Source: Actinomycetota bacterium
GTDB taxonomy: Bacteria > Actinomycetota > UBA4738 > HRBIN12
Assembly: GCA_038244455.1 (NCBI GenBank)
Contig: JBBRTK010000002.1
Coordinates: 1-48,641 of the forward strand
Length of the DNA: 48,641 nt
Direction: 5' to 3'
The notes beneath the pieces were generated by a model. It was not told the DNA's origin and made no database searches. It was given only the letters and a program-made list of their open reading frames with translations. Numbering within the stretch: the stretch's first letter is position 1; each line of letters opens with the position of its first letter. Shown piece by piece: positions 38,543 to 46,047 of this stretch. Made by a program: the position numbers and the translations under genes.

Positions 38543-39394
38543 ATGAGCTGGGAAGAAGCCAACAAGGATATGGCGGTCTACCAGGCCACCTTGGACGCGC
38601 AGCTCGCGGCCGGGGTGGACCGGAAGATCGCCGAGGGCCGCGCGCGGTCCAAGGCGCTGCGGGCCTGGCGCGAGGCACACCCCGAAGAGGCTGCTGCCGA
38701 GGCTGCCGCTTCCGCCAAGCCGGCCGCACCTGCCGCCACGCCGGCCGCCGCCGCAGCCACGACCGCTGCTCCCGCTTCCGCGGCACCTGTCCCCGCGGCG
38801 GGCACCCCCCTGCCGATGACCGCCGCAGCCGCCTCCGCGACCAAACGCGAGGCGCCCCTGCCCACGGGCGGCGTGCCCACCGCGGCCAGGAAGGGTGGGG
38901 AGGACAAGCACCGCCTGCTGGCACTGGTCCCGCCCGAGGGCATCCAGCGCGTCGAACGCGAGCAGGGCGACCGCGTGAACACCTGGCCGCACCTGCTCAT
39001 CGAAGAGTTCGTGGCGATGTTCGTGCTGCTGGCGGGGATGGCCATCTTCTCCACGTTCATCAACGCCCCACTGCGCGAACTGGCCAACCCCAACCTCACG
39101 CCGAACCCGTCGAAGGCGCCCTGGTACTTCCTCGGTTTGCAGGAACTGCTGCGCTACTTCCACCCGATGGTCGCCGGGATCATGATCCCGACATTCATCC
39201 TGGTCGGGCTCGCCGCGGTTCCCTACGTGGACCGCAACCCCAGCAACCGACCCGGCGATCGCAAGATCGCCCTCACGCTGTTCACGCTCCTCTTCATGTT
39301 CGGGGCGACCCTGACCATCATCGGATCGTTCTTCCGCGGCCCCGGATATAACTGGGTGTGGCCGTGGACCCAAGGGGTGTTCTTCGAACTATGA
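38543..39394 (+). CDS. Subunit IV-like protein (C-terminal 3-helix half of cytochrome b; petD-like) with ~110-aa extra N-terminal Ala/Pro-rich extension
   Basis: Contains NTWPHLLIEEF..., ANPNLTPNPSKAPWYFLGLQELLRYF (at the PEWY position) and three TM helices. GGAG SD lies upstream. Confidence 0.88.
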   Translation: MSWEEANKDMAVYQATLDAQLAAGVDRKIAEGRARSKALRAWREAHPEEAAAEAAASAKPAAPAATPAAAAATTAAPASAAPVPAAGTPLPMTAAAASATKREAPLPTGGVPTAARKGGEDKHRLLALVPPEGIQRVEREQGDRVNTWPHLLIEEFVAMFVLLAGMAIFSTFINAPLRELANPNLTPNPSKAPWYFLGLQELLRYFHPMVAGIMIPTFILVGLAAVPYVDRNPSNRPGDRKIALTLFTLLFMFGATLTIIGSFFRGPGYNWVWPWTQGVFFEL

Positions 39395-40107
39395 CCGCCA
39401 CCATCTCCACCGGTTCCGTCATCGCGATCCTGGCCTTCGTGGTGCTGGACGTATTCGCGGTTGTCTTCGGGCTCTCGTTCGCGCGGGCGCACAAGGCGCA
39501 GCGGGCGGCCGCCTCGGGACTTCCGGCAGCCCCACCCTCCACCGCCAAGCCGACCTCGCGCCGCGACTTCTTCCGCGGGTCCCTCCTCATCTCCATGGGA
39601 GTGTTCCTGGCCGAGTTCGGCGGGGCCTCGCTCGCGTTCCTGTGGCCCAGCCTCACGGGCGGGTTCGGATCGAAGATCAACGCTGGAGCCGTGGGCGACA
39701 TCAAGAACCAGTTCCAGAACACGGGCGGGCCGGTCTACGTGGGCGCGGGCCGGTTCTATGTCGTGCCCTATCTGGGTAAGCCCAGCAACGGGGTCGACTA
39801 CGCGGCGCTCGGCGCAACCACGGAAGGTGTCATGGCGCTTTACCAGCGTTGCGTCCACCTGGGCTGTCGCGTGCCGTTCTGCGGCACATCCAAATGGTTC
39901 GAATGCCCATGTCACGGATCGAAGTACAACTATGCAGGTGAGTACAAGTTCGGCCCCGCCCCCACGGGCATGGAACGGTTCGCGATCAAGGTCGACAGCT
40001 CCGGGAACCTGATCGTGGACACCTCGACCAAGTTCGGTGGACCGCCTCGCGGCACCGACACGATCAACGAGCCGCCGCAGGGTCCTTTCTGCGTGGCGCC
40101 GGGATAA
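39391..40107 (+). CDS. Rieske [2Fe-2S] iron-sulfur protein
   Basis: Has CVHLGC and CPCHGS boxes, a twin-arginine motif SRRDFFRGS, and one extra N-terminal TM helix. ATG 39391 overlaps the upstream stop (ATGA). Confidence 0.92.
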   Translation: MTATISTGSVIAILAFVVLDVFAVVFGLSFARAHKAQRAAASGLPAAPPSTAKPTSRRDFFRGSLLISMGVFLAEFGGASLAFLWPSLTGGFGSKINAGAVGDIKNQFQNTGGPVYVGAGRFYVVPYLGKPSNGVDYAALGATTEGVMALYQRCVHLGCRVPFCGTSKWFECPCHGSKYNYAGEYKFGPAPTGMERFAIKVDSSGNLIVDTSTKFGGPPRGTDTINEPPQGPFCVAPG

Positions 40108-40119
40108 GGGAGGAGACGG

Positions 40120-41055
40120 ATGCTGGCACTCACCACTAGCGCGGGCGTCATCCTCTTGGTCCTGGGCGCGGTCTTCGTGGTCGCCGCGGGCGGCGGACTT
40201 CTCCTGCGTTCGCGCACGCGCCGCGCGGGGTTGGAGATCCCTCGGGCGATGCGCCCCGGCCCTTCGGATCAGGCCCTGGAAACCCCGCTGCTGCAGAAGC
40301 TCCAGGGATGGGGCGTGCTGCTCACCGCGTTCTTCGTGCTGTGGATCCCGTTCAACTGGGTCACCGAGCCCGGCATAAACCTCGCGCAGGACCAGAACCT
40401 GAAGACGGCGGCTATCTCCCGGGGCCAGCAGGCGGTCCTGCCCTACTCCGAGGAGAACCAGCTGGGTATCGGCTGCACCCGCTGCCACGGCCCCGAGCTC
40501 AAGGGTGGAACCGTCATCCAGATCGGCGTCGACCCGGTCACCGGCGCCGTGATCCCCGGCCGCCCCGCGAACCTGTCCACCGTCTGCGGGGGACCGTTCA
40601 CCGGGCACCCACAGATCTGGGATGTCTCCGACATCCAAGGGACGCTCGTGAACGGACGGGCCAGCCTGGGCATGCCGTCGTGGAGCATCCGGGAGGCCGG
40701 GGCGCTCGACGACCAGCAGATCAACGACCTCGTGAACTACCTGGTCTGGTACAGCTCGAAGAACGTGCCGTTCAGCGAGAACATCTGCCTCAACCCCGAC
40801 GCCCAGAAGGCCGCGGTGCTCGTCTGCACCTCGGCCGTGCAGTCGGCCCCGACCCTCTACTCCTATCAGCACGTCATCAAGCCACTCATCGACGCCGCGG
40901 CTGCCGCCGCCGCGAAGGCGTCCGCGGCGCCGAGCGCACCTTCGGCTTCGGCTGCTGCTTCGCCGAGTGCACCGGCCACAGCGGCGAGCGGCGCACCGTC
41001 GGCGACGCCAACGCTCTCGCCGATAGCGGCACTGCCCCCGGGGGTGAGCTGCTGA
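40120..41055 (+). CDS. Membrane-anchored monohaem cytochrome c
   Basis: A single CTRCH motif (40474-40488) with a candidate Met ligand in LGMPSW. It has two N-terminal TM helices, an Ala/Ser/Pro-rich C-terminal tail, and GGGAGGAG SD upstream. Confidence 0.85.
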   Translation: MLALTTSAGVILLVLGAVFVVAAGGGLLLRSRTRRAGLEIPRAMRPGPSDQALETPLLQKLQGWGVLLTAFFVLWIPFNWVTEPGINLAQDQNLKTAAISRGQQAVLPYSEENQLGIGCTRCHGPELKGGTVIQIGVDPVTGAVIPGRPANLSTVCGGPFTGHPQIWDVSDIQGTLVNGRASLGMPSWSIREAGALDDQQINDLVNYLVWYSSKNVPFSENICLNPDAQKAAVLVCTSAVQSAPTLYSYQHVIKPLIDAAAAAAAKASAAPSAPSASAAASPSAPATAASGAPSATPTLSPIAALPPGVSC

Positions 41056-41819
41056 TGCACGTCAGCACGTGTCTCGGATTCCACGTCGAGTGCGGCACGA
41101 TGTTCAAGGGGATCGGCGTCACCGTAATGGCGTTCATCCTGTTCATCGGTTCTGTCTACCTGTTGCTCTCGGCGATCCTTGGCCGGTGGATGGGCTACCT
41201 CCTGGTCGTCGTAGCGTTCGCCGGCTGGATGACCGTGCTCTCGGTCATGTGGCTTACCGGGTTCTTCATCAGCCAAGGGCTCCCAGCGAACACTCCCCAC
41301 AACACCGGACCGCAGGGCCAGCTGGCCGAGTGGGTGCCGCTGAACGCCGGTGCCCAAGCCCCGATCGATCTGGCCGCGAACTACGCCGCCTTCTCCTCCT
41401 ACCCGGCCAAGCCGTGGGTCGAAGCCACCGACCCCGCCGACCCACAGGTCCAGGCGGCGGAGAGCGTCGCGCAGGCATTCCTGGCCAAGGAGGCGAACGC
41501 CGCGCACGGCATCTACGACGCGTTCGCTATCGATGCCATCACCACATCGCAGTTCATGGTCGACCACATCGCGTTCACGACCGCCGCCGACGGGAAGACC
41601 CAACTGGCCATCGTCGAGGCGCACTACGCGAGCGGTGGTCCCAGGACCATCGTGGCCATGTACTTCGACCAGGGCAGCGTTCAGCGATACGGACTCTACT
41701 TCCTCATCTTCTCGTTGCTGCTGCTGGGCACGCATCTCCCCCTCCTGGACCGGGCGGAGAAGCGTCGCAAGGCATTCCTGACCGGGGGCGCCGCCCCCGC
41801 CTGGTACGGACCCGCGTAG
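41055..41819 (+). CDS. Hypothetical membrane protein (2 N-terminal TM, ~150-aa extracytoplasmic domain, 1 C-terminal TM)
   Basis: This is the real part of the 503-aa track ORF, in a GC3-rich frame. ATG 41055 overlaps the cytochrome c stop (TGATG). An alternative ATG lies at 41100 (MFKGIGV...). I recognised no family. Confidence 0.7.
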   Translation: MHVSTCLGFHVECGTMFKGIGVTVMAFILFIGSVYLLLSAILGRWMGYLLVVVAFAGWMTVLSVMWLTGFFISQGLPANTPHNTGPQGQLAEWVPLNAGAQAPIDLAANYAAFSSYPAKPWVEATDPADPQVQAAESVAQAFLAKEANAAHGIYDAFAIDAITTSQFMVDHIAFTTAADGKTQLAIVEAHYASGGPRTIVAMYFDQGSVQRYGLYFLIFSLLLLGTHLPLLDRAEKRRKAFLTGGAAPAWYGPA

Positions 41820-41833
41820 AGGAGGGACAGCAC

Positions 41834-41944
41834 ATGTTGGCCGAAACGGTTCCCCTCCTGGAGCAAGGGAGCGTCCAGTTCATCCTCCTCGGGGTGATGA
41901 TCCTGGCCGTGTTCTTCGTGCTCTGGATCACCATCGCGAAGTAG
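41834..41944 (+). CDS. Putative 36-aa single-TM peptide
   Basis: MLAETVPLLEQGSVQFILLGVMILAVFFVLWITIAK. GGAGGG lies 8 nt upstream of the ATG. It is the last ORF of the operon. This is prediction only. Confidence 0.45.
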   Translation: MLAETVPLLEQGSVQFILLGVMILAVFFVLWITIAK

Positions 41945-41954
41945 CCCGACCCCG

Positions 41955-42650
41955 CTAGGGCCTCGGCTTCGACGGGACGTCCGCAACCGCGCGGCCCCGC
42001 CGCTTCACCTCGGCAAGCGTTGCCTTCCGCTGTTCGTAGAAGGCCAGGATCTGGAGTTCGATGGCCAGGTCCACCTTCCGCACCGAGACACCGGGCGGAA
42101 CGGTGATGACGGCCGGAGCGAAGTTGAGGATCGAATGGATCCCCGCCGCCACCATCGTGTCGACCACCTCTTGCACAGCCGCTGCCGGGGTCGCGATCAC
42201 GCCGATGGCCACGTCGTTCGCCGACACGAGGGCAGGCAGGGCCGAGACCGGCAGGATCTCGAGCCCCCCGACCTTCTGGCCCACCTTCGCCGGATCCGCG
42301 TCCACGAGTCCCGCCACCCGGAATCCGCGTTCGCCGAAGCCCTTGTAGTTGGCCAGCGCCTGCCCCAGGTTCCCGATGCCGGCGATGACGATCGCCCAGT
42401 GCTGCGTGAGCCCCAGTTCCCGGCGGATCTGGTGGATGAGGTAGGCCGCGTCGTAACCGACCCCGCGCGTGCCGTACGAGCCCAGGTAGGACAGGTCCTT
42501 ACGGACCTTCGCGGAGTTGACGCCGGCCGCCTCGGCCAGATCATCGGAACTGACCATGGTGGTTCCGGTCTCGGCGATGTCGACCAACGCCCGCAGGTAC
42601 ACCGGGAGCCTGGCAACCGTGGCCTCGGGGATGGAACGGTCCCTCATCAT
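41955..42650 (-). CDS. rex: Redox-sensing transcriptional repressor Rex
   Basis: The C-terminal 231 aa of the 297-aa track ORF (MMRDRSIPEATVARLPVYLRAL..., KVRKDLSYLGSYGTRGVGY, Rossmann IAGIGNLGQAL). ATG 42650 overlaps the upstream stop. Confidence 0.93.
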   Translation of the reverse strand: MMRDRSIPEATVARLPVYLRALVDIAETGTTMVSSDDLAEAAGVNSAKVRKDLSYLGSYGTRGVGYDAAYLIHQIRRELGLTQHWAIVIAGIGNLGQALANYKGFGERGFRVAGLVDADPAKVGQKVGGLEILPVSALPALVSANDVAIGVIATPAAAVQEVVDTMVAAGIHSILNFAPAVITVPPGVSVRKVDLAIELQILAFYEQRKATLAEVKRRGRAVADVPSKPRP

Positions 42651-42886
42651 CCCGACCCGCTCACGAGTTCGCGGAGCCGCTCGGCGTCCACCTCGATCTC
42701 GAACGCCTCTACGCCGTCGATCAGGACCACCGGGATCCGCATCCCGTACTCGAGTTCCAGGGCGTCTTCGGTGGAAACATCGACCTCGACCAGGTCGAAC
42801 GGCGTCCGGTCCCGCTGGGCCAGGAGCACGCCCCGAGCCACGTCGCACAGGTGACAGCCGGGCCTTGAGAAGAGGGTGACCTGCAC
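42647..42886 (-). CDS. Glutaredoxin-like small protein (DUF836-type, CxxC)
   Basis: 79 aa with VTLFSRPGCHLCD. It is coupled to rex. Confidence 0.8.
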   Translation of the reverse strand: MQVTLFSRPGCHLCDVARGVLLAQRDRTPFDLVEVDVSTEDALELEYGMRIPVVLIDGVEAFEIEVDAERLRELVSGSG

Positions 42887-42893
42887 GCCGCGG

Positions 42894-43499
42894 ATGCTAC
42901 CCCGCCCCGGCCTGCTACAACTTCCTCCAGTGCCCTACGCCGAACTGGACGATCTGGAGCTGCATCGACGCCTCTCCCAAGGGGAGCAGCTGGCGTTCGA
43001 CGAGCTGTACCGGCGATACGGCGCGGCTGCCTACGGTCTTGCTCTGCGTCTCACGGGGCAGCAGCTTCTGGCCCAGGATGTGGTTCACGACGCCTTCCTG
43101 GCCCTCTGGCGGGCCCCAGAAGCCTTCGACCCAGCCAGGGGCGCGTTCCGGACCTTCTTCCTTTCCCTGGTCCACCACCGGGCCGTGGACACGATCAGGC
43201 GGGAGGAGCGGCTTCGCAAGCGACAGGAGCGCGCATCGAACCTCGAGCCCACGGTGGACGAAGATGTAGCGGAGGATGTCGTGGCCGCCTCGTTCATGGG
43301 CCAGCGGCGTAAGGAGGTCCGAGAGGCGCTCACCACCCTTCCTCCGGAACAGCGGCAAGTGCTGGAGCTGGCGTATTTCGAGGGCAAGACCCAGGTCGTG
43401 ATCGCGGAAGAACTGCACCTCCCCGTGGGAACAGTGAAGACGCGAACCATGGCCGCCATGCAGAAGCTGCGCAAAGCGTTGCAGGAGGAAAGCGAGTGA
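42894..43499 (+). CDS. ECF-type RNA polymerase sigma-70 family factor
   Basis: Region 2 is FDELYRRYGAAAYGLALRLTG...VHDAFLALW. Region 4 is LPPEQRQVLELAYFEGKTQVVIAEELHLPVGTVKTRTMAAMQKLR. The start is uncertain: GTG 42876, ATG 42894 or GTG 42930. Confidence 0.88.
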   Translation: MLPRPGLLQLPPVPYAELDDLELHRRLSQGEQLAFDELYRRYGAAAYGLALRLTGQQLLAQDVVHDAFLALWRAPEAFDPARGAFRTFFLSLVHHRAVDTIRREERLRKRQERASNLEPTVDEDVAEDVVAASFMGQRRKEVREALTTLPPEQRQVLELAYFEGKTQVVIAEELHLPVGTVKTRTMAAMQKLRKALQEESE

Positions 43500-44200
43500 A
43501 CCACGAAGCCATGCAGGAACTCCTAGCGGGCTACGCCCTTCGGAGCCTGGCCGGCGAGGACGCCGTCGCGGCAGACCGGGTGTTGGTCGACCACGTCCCC
43601 GGCTGCCTGGATTGCCGGCGCACGCTGGAGGCGTTCCAGTTGGTCAGCGCGGACCTGGCGCTGGACGCCCACCCGGTAACGCCGCCCGAAACGCTCCTTC
43701 CACGCATGCACCGCGAGATGGGGTCTCAGGCTCGCCGCCGCCGCCCCGTCTACCTGGTCGCCGTCGCGGCGAGCGTCGCCGCCGTGGTCAGCCTGGGCGG
43801 GTTCGCGATCACCCAGGGCTATCGCGCCAACCGGGTCCAGGGTCGCTTCCAGCAGGTAACCGACGCCATGAACTTCGCGCGCACCAACAACGCGAGCATG
43901 ACCCCGGTGGGACCGGTCAGCGACATCTCCTCGCCGGGGGTGCAGGAGTGCTACATCTACGGCTCCGAGGTCCCGACGCCCGCACCCGGCTTTACCTACC
44001 GGCTGTGGGTCGTGCAGGGCTCCCACGCCACGTTCGAGGGGGACTTCGTGCCGGAAGACGGCGTGGTGATCCTGCGGTTGGCGCTTGACCCCACCACCTA
44101 CGACGCACTGCTCGTGACCGAGGAACGGGCGGGATCGGTTCCGACCACGCCCGGACCCACGAAGTGGTCGTCCTCGACACCGGTGGCCGCGGCGGGCTAG
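43496..44200 (+). CDS. Membrane-spanning zinc-binding anti-sigma factor (ZAS, RskA-like C-terminal domain)
   Basis: Has H-x3-C-x2-C (HVPGCLDC), a single TM helix (VYLVAVAASVAAVVSLGGFAI) and an extracytoplasmic domain. The GTG start overlaps the sigma factor stop. Confidence 0.8.
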   Translation: MNHEAMQELLAGYALRSLAGEDAVAADRVLVDHVPGCLDCRRTLEAFQLVSADLALDAHPVTPPETLLPRMHREMGSQARRRRPVYLVAVAASVAAVVSLGGFAITQGYRANRVQGRFQQVTDAMNFARTNNASMTPVGPVSDISSPGVQECYIYGSEVPTPAPGFTYRLWVVQGSHATFEGDFVPEDGVVILRLALDPTTYDALLVTEERAGSVPTTPGPTKWSSSTPVAAAG

Positions 44201-44889
44201 CTCGGCTGGCGGTCGGACGCCGACGGGCCAGAGGCCCGGAGGAACCCCAGGAACATGACCGCGATCCCCACGGTGAGTGAGATCGAGAACAGCGCGAGCA
44301 TCCCGATCGCCGCGAACGCGGATCCGAACCCGGCGATCACCGTGGCCCCGAGCGCGATCCACAGGGTGCCCGTGAACCGGTCCCTCAACTCGGGCCGCCC
44401 TCGCATCTTCCAGGCCGACCAGAGCGTGCCGAAGATCAGCAGGAAATACGAGGGGTAGGAGACCAGCTGCGGGAGGCCGTGCGCGCGCGAACCTCCGCCG
44501 AACACATCCTTACCGCTCGGGAGCGCCTTCATGAGTTCGCCCGCATCGAACCGGGCCCCCTTCACCGTGGTCACCGCGTAGGCGACGATGAAGACGAGCA
44601 CGAGGTCCACCGCCAGGTGGAACGTCTTGTTGCGCACCAACAGTTGGAGTTCGCCCGCGGCCAGGAAGGGCACGTTGAGCACGGCGCCGAGGGTCCAGAA
44701 GATCGAGTACACGGTCCTGGACCAATGCCCCTGGGAACCGAATGCCAGGGCGACGGATGCGGCGGCATACATAACCAACGAGATCGCCCAGAGCAGCTGA
44801 TAGGACCGCCGGCGCTGGACGAACTGCCGCGCCAACAGGCCCGCGAACGCCAGGGCGATGGCTGCGGCGATGGCCGGGAAGACCCACAT
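44197..44889 (-). CDS. Hypothetical polytopic membrane protein (about 7 TM)
   Basis: 230-aa hydrophobic ORF in a GC3-rich frame. I recognised no family. Its stop shares CTAG with the convergent anti-sigma gene. Confidence 0.7.
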   Translation of the reverse strand: MWVFPAIAAAIALAFAGLLARQFVQRRRSYQLLWAISLVMYAAASVALAFGSQGHWSRTVYSIFWTLGAVLNVPFLAAGELQLLVRNKTFHLAVDLVLVFIVAYAVTTVKGARFDAGELMKALPSGKDVFGGGSRAHGLPQLVSYPSYFLLIFGTLWSAWKMRGRPELRDRFTGTLWIALGATVIAGFGSAFAAIGMLALFSISLTVGIAVMFLGFLRASGPSASDRQPS

Positions 44890-44930
44890 GGGCCAGAGGA
44901 TAGCCGGGGCCGTGCGCTACCATCCCGGGG

Positions 44931-45767
44931 ATGGCTTCCCCTGCCCCCTCGATCCTCTTCTCCTCCGCGGCGTTCTTCGGCCACCCGCTGACCGACACCG
45001 TCGAGGCGGCGGCGAACGCCGGTTACACCGGGATCGAGGTTATGGTCACGAAGGATCCCGACAGCCAGGACCCCCACCGCATGCGCGCGCTCGCGGCCCA
45101 GGCTGGATTGACGATAGGGGCGCTCCACGCGCCGTGCCTGCTCCTCACCCGCCGTGTGTGGACCACCGACCCGGTTCGGAAGATCTACCGCTCCATCGAG
45201 GTGGCGCAGGAGGCCGGGATCCCTCTCGTGGTTGTCCATCCACCCTTCCGCTGGCAGCGCGAGTATCAGGGGTGGCTGGTGGAGCGGCTCGCCGGCTTGG
45301 AGGAGCGAACGGGCGTCACCGTCGCACTGGAGAACATGTTCCCCTTCGGCAAGACCGAAGACCGAGGCGGGGTCGCGCTCCACGCCAACCCCGACATCCA
45401 CGAACTCGACGGACTGCAGCATCTGGTCCTGGACACGAGCCACGCGGCCGTTGCGCGCCACGACCTCATCGCCCTTCGACGAACGTTCGGTTCGCGTTTG
45501 CGGCACGTGCACCTGTCCGACAACGCCGGGCGCGGCTGGGATTCACACCTGCCCCCGGGCCAGGGGGTGCTGCCGCTCGAAGGATTCCTCGCCGACCTGG
45601 CGGTATCCGGGTATGCGGGATCGGTCTCGCTCGAGGTCGATCTCCGCCGTTACCTCACGGACGGCGCGGCGCTCCGCGACCTAATGGTCTCGATGCGGGA
45701 ACGCTGCGAAGAAGCCCTGCGCGTGGATCGACCGGCGATCGCGGGCCCCCGGGCAGCCGTGCGCTGA
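44931..45767 (+). CDS. Sugar phosphate isomerase/epimerase (xylose isomerase-like TIM barrel, AP endonuclease 2 family)
   Basis: 278 aa with ...AGYTGIEV..., LVVVHPP, ALENM, LDTSHA, HVHLSDN and SLEV, the metal-ligand pattern of this fold. Confidence 0.8.
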   Translation: MASPAPSILFSSAAFFGHPLTDTVEAAANAGYTGIEVMVTKDPDSQDPHRMRALAAQAGLTIGALHAPCLLLTRRVWTTDPVRKIYRSIEVAQEAGIPLVVVHPPFRWQREYQGWLVERLAGLEERTGVTVALENMFPFGKTEDRGGVALHANPDIHELDGLQHLVLDTSHAAVARHDLIALRRTFGSRLRHVHLSDNAGRGWDSHLPPGQGVLPLEGFLADLAVSGYAGSVSLEVDLRRYLTDGAALRDLMVSMRERCEEALRVDRPAIAGPRAAVR

Positions 45768-45928
45768 TGCGCCGCCCAACGTTGATCGCGCTCATCGTCC
45801 TGTTCGCGGCGCTCCTGGCCGCCGGGGCGGCGCAGCTGGTGATCGCGAGCCGCTCCCACCCCGCCTACCAGGGGCCGCAGCGTCCTGGACAGCTCCCGAC
45901 CCAGGCAACGCCAAGCCCCTCGGTCTGA
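45767..45928 (+). CDS. Possible 53-aa membrane-anchored peptide
   Basis: MRRPTLIALIVLFAALLAAGAAQLVIAS... The ATG overlaps the upstream stop (TGATG). This is prediction only. Confidence 0.35.
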   Translation: MRRPTLIALIVLFAALLAAGAAQLVIASRSHPAYQGPQRPGQLPTQATPSPSV

Positions 45929-45933
45929 TACGC

Positions 45934-46035
45934 CTACTTGCCCAGCTTCATCCGCTGGTGACGGGTGCGCTTCAGAAGCTTCTTATGCTTCTTCTTGCGC
46001 ATCTTCTTCCGGCGCTTCTTGATCAACGACCCCAA
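45934..46035 (-). CDS. 30S ribosomal protein bS22 (33 aa)
   Basis: Too short for the ORF track. Reverse translation gives (TTG)[33 protein letters not shown]-stop. This is near-identical in pattern to mycobacterial bS22 ([33 protein letters not shown], quoted from memory). Confidence 0.85.
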   Translation of the reverse strand: MGSLIKKRRKKMRKKKHKKLLKRTRHQRMKLGK

Positions 46036-46047
46036 GCCACAAGCCTT

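Noticed and set aside
38690-38830. GC-rich GCN/CCN triplet-rich stretches (also 40880-41040 and 27840-27950) that look like tandem repeats.
   Set aside because: They are in-frame Ala/Pro/Ser/Thr low-complexity linkers inside coding genes. They have no regular repeat-spacer periodicity, so they are neither CRISPR nor VNTR-like arrays.
39223-40872. A 549-aa minus-strand ORF opposite the Rieske and cytochrome c genes, and a 284-aa ORF at 38519-39373.
   Set aside because: Both have charged low-complexity composition with no motifs, and both are antisense to genes with unambiguous cofactor-binding motifs.
41069-41944. A 291-aa plus-strand ORF.
   Set aside because: Most of it is an Arg-rich out-of-frame reading of the 41055-41819 membrane protein gene. 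I kept only its last 36 codons, which follow a GGAGGG SD, as a tentative small ORF.
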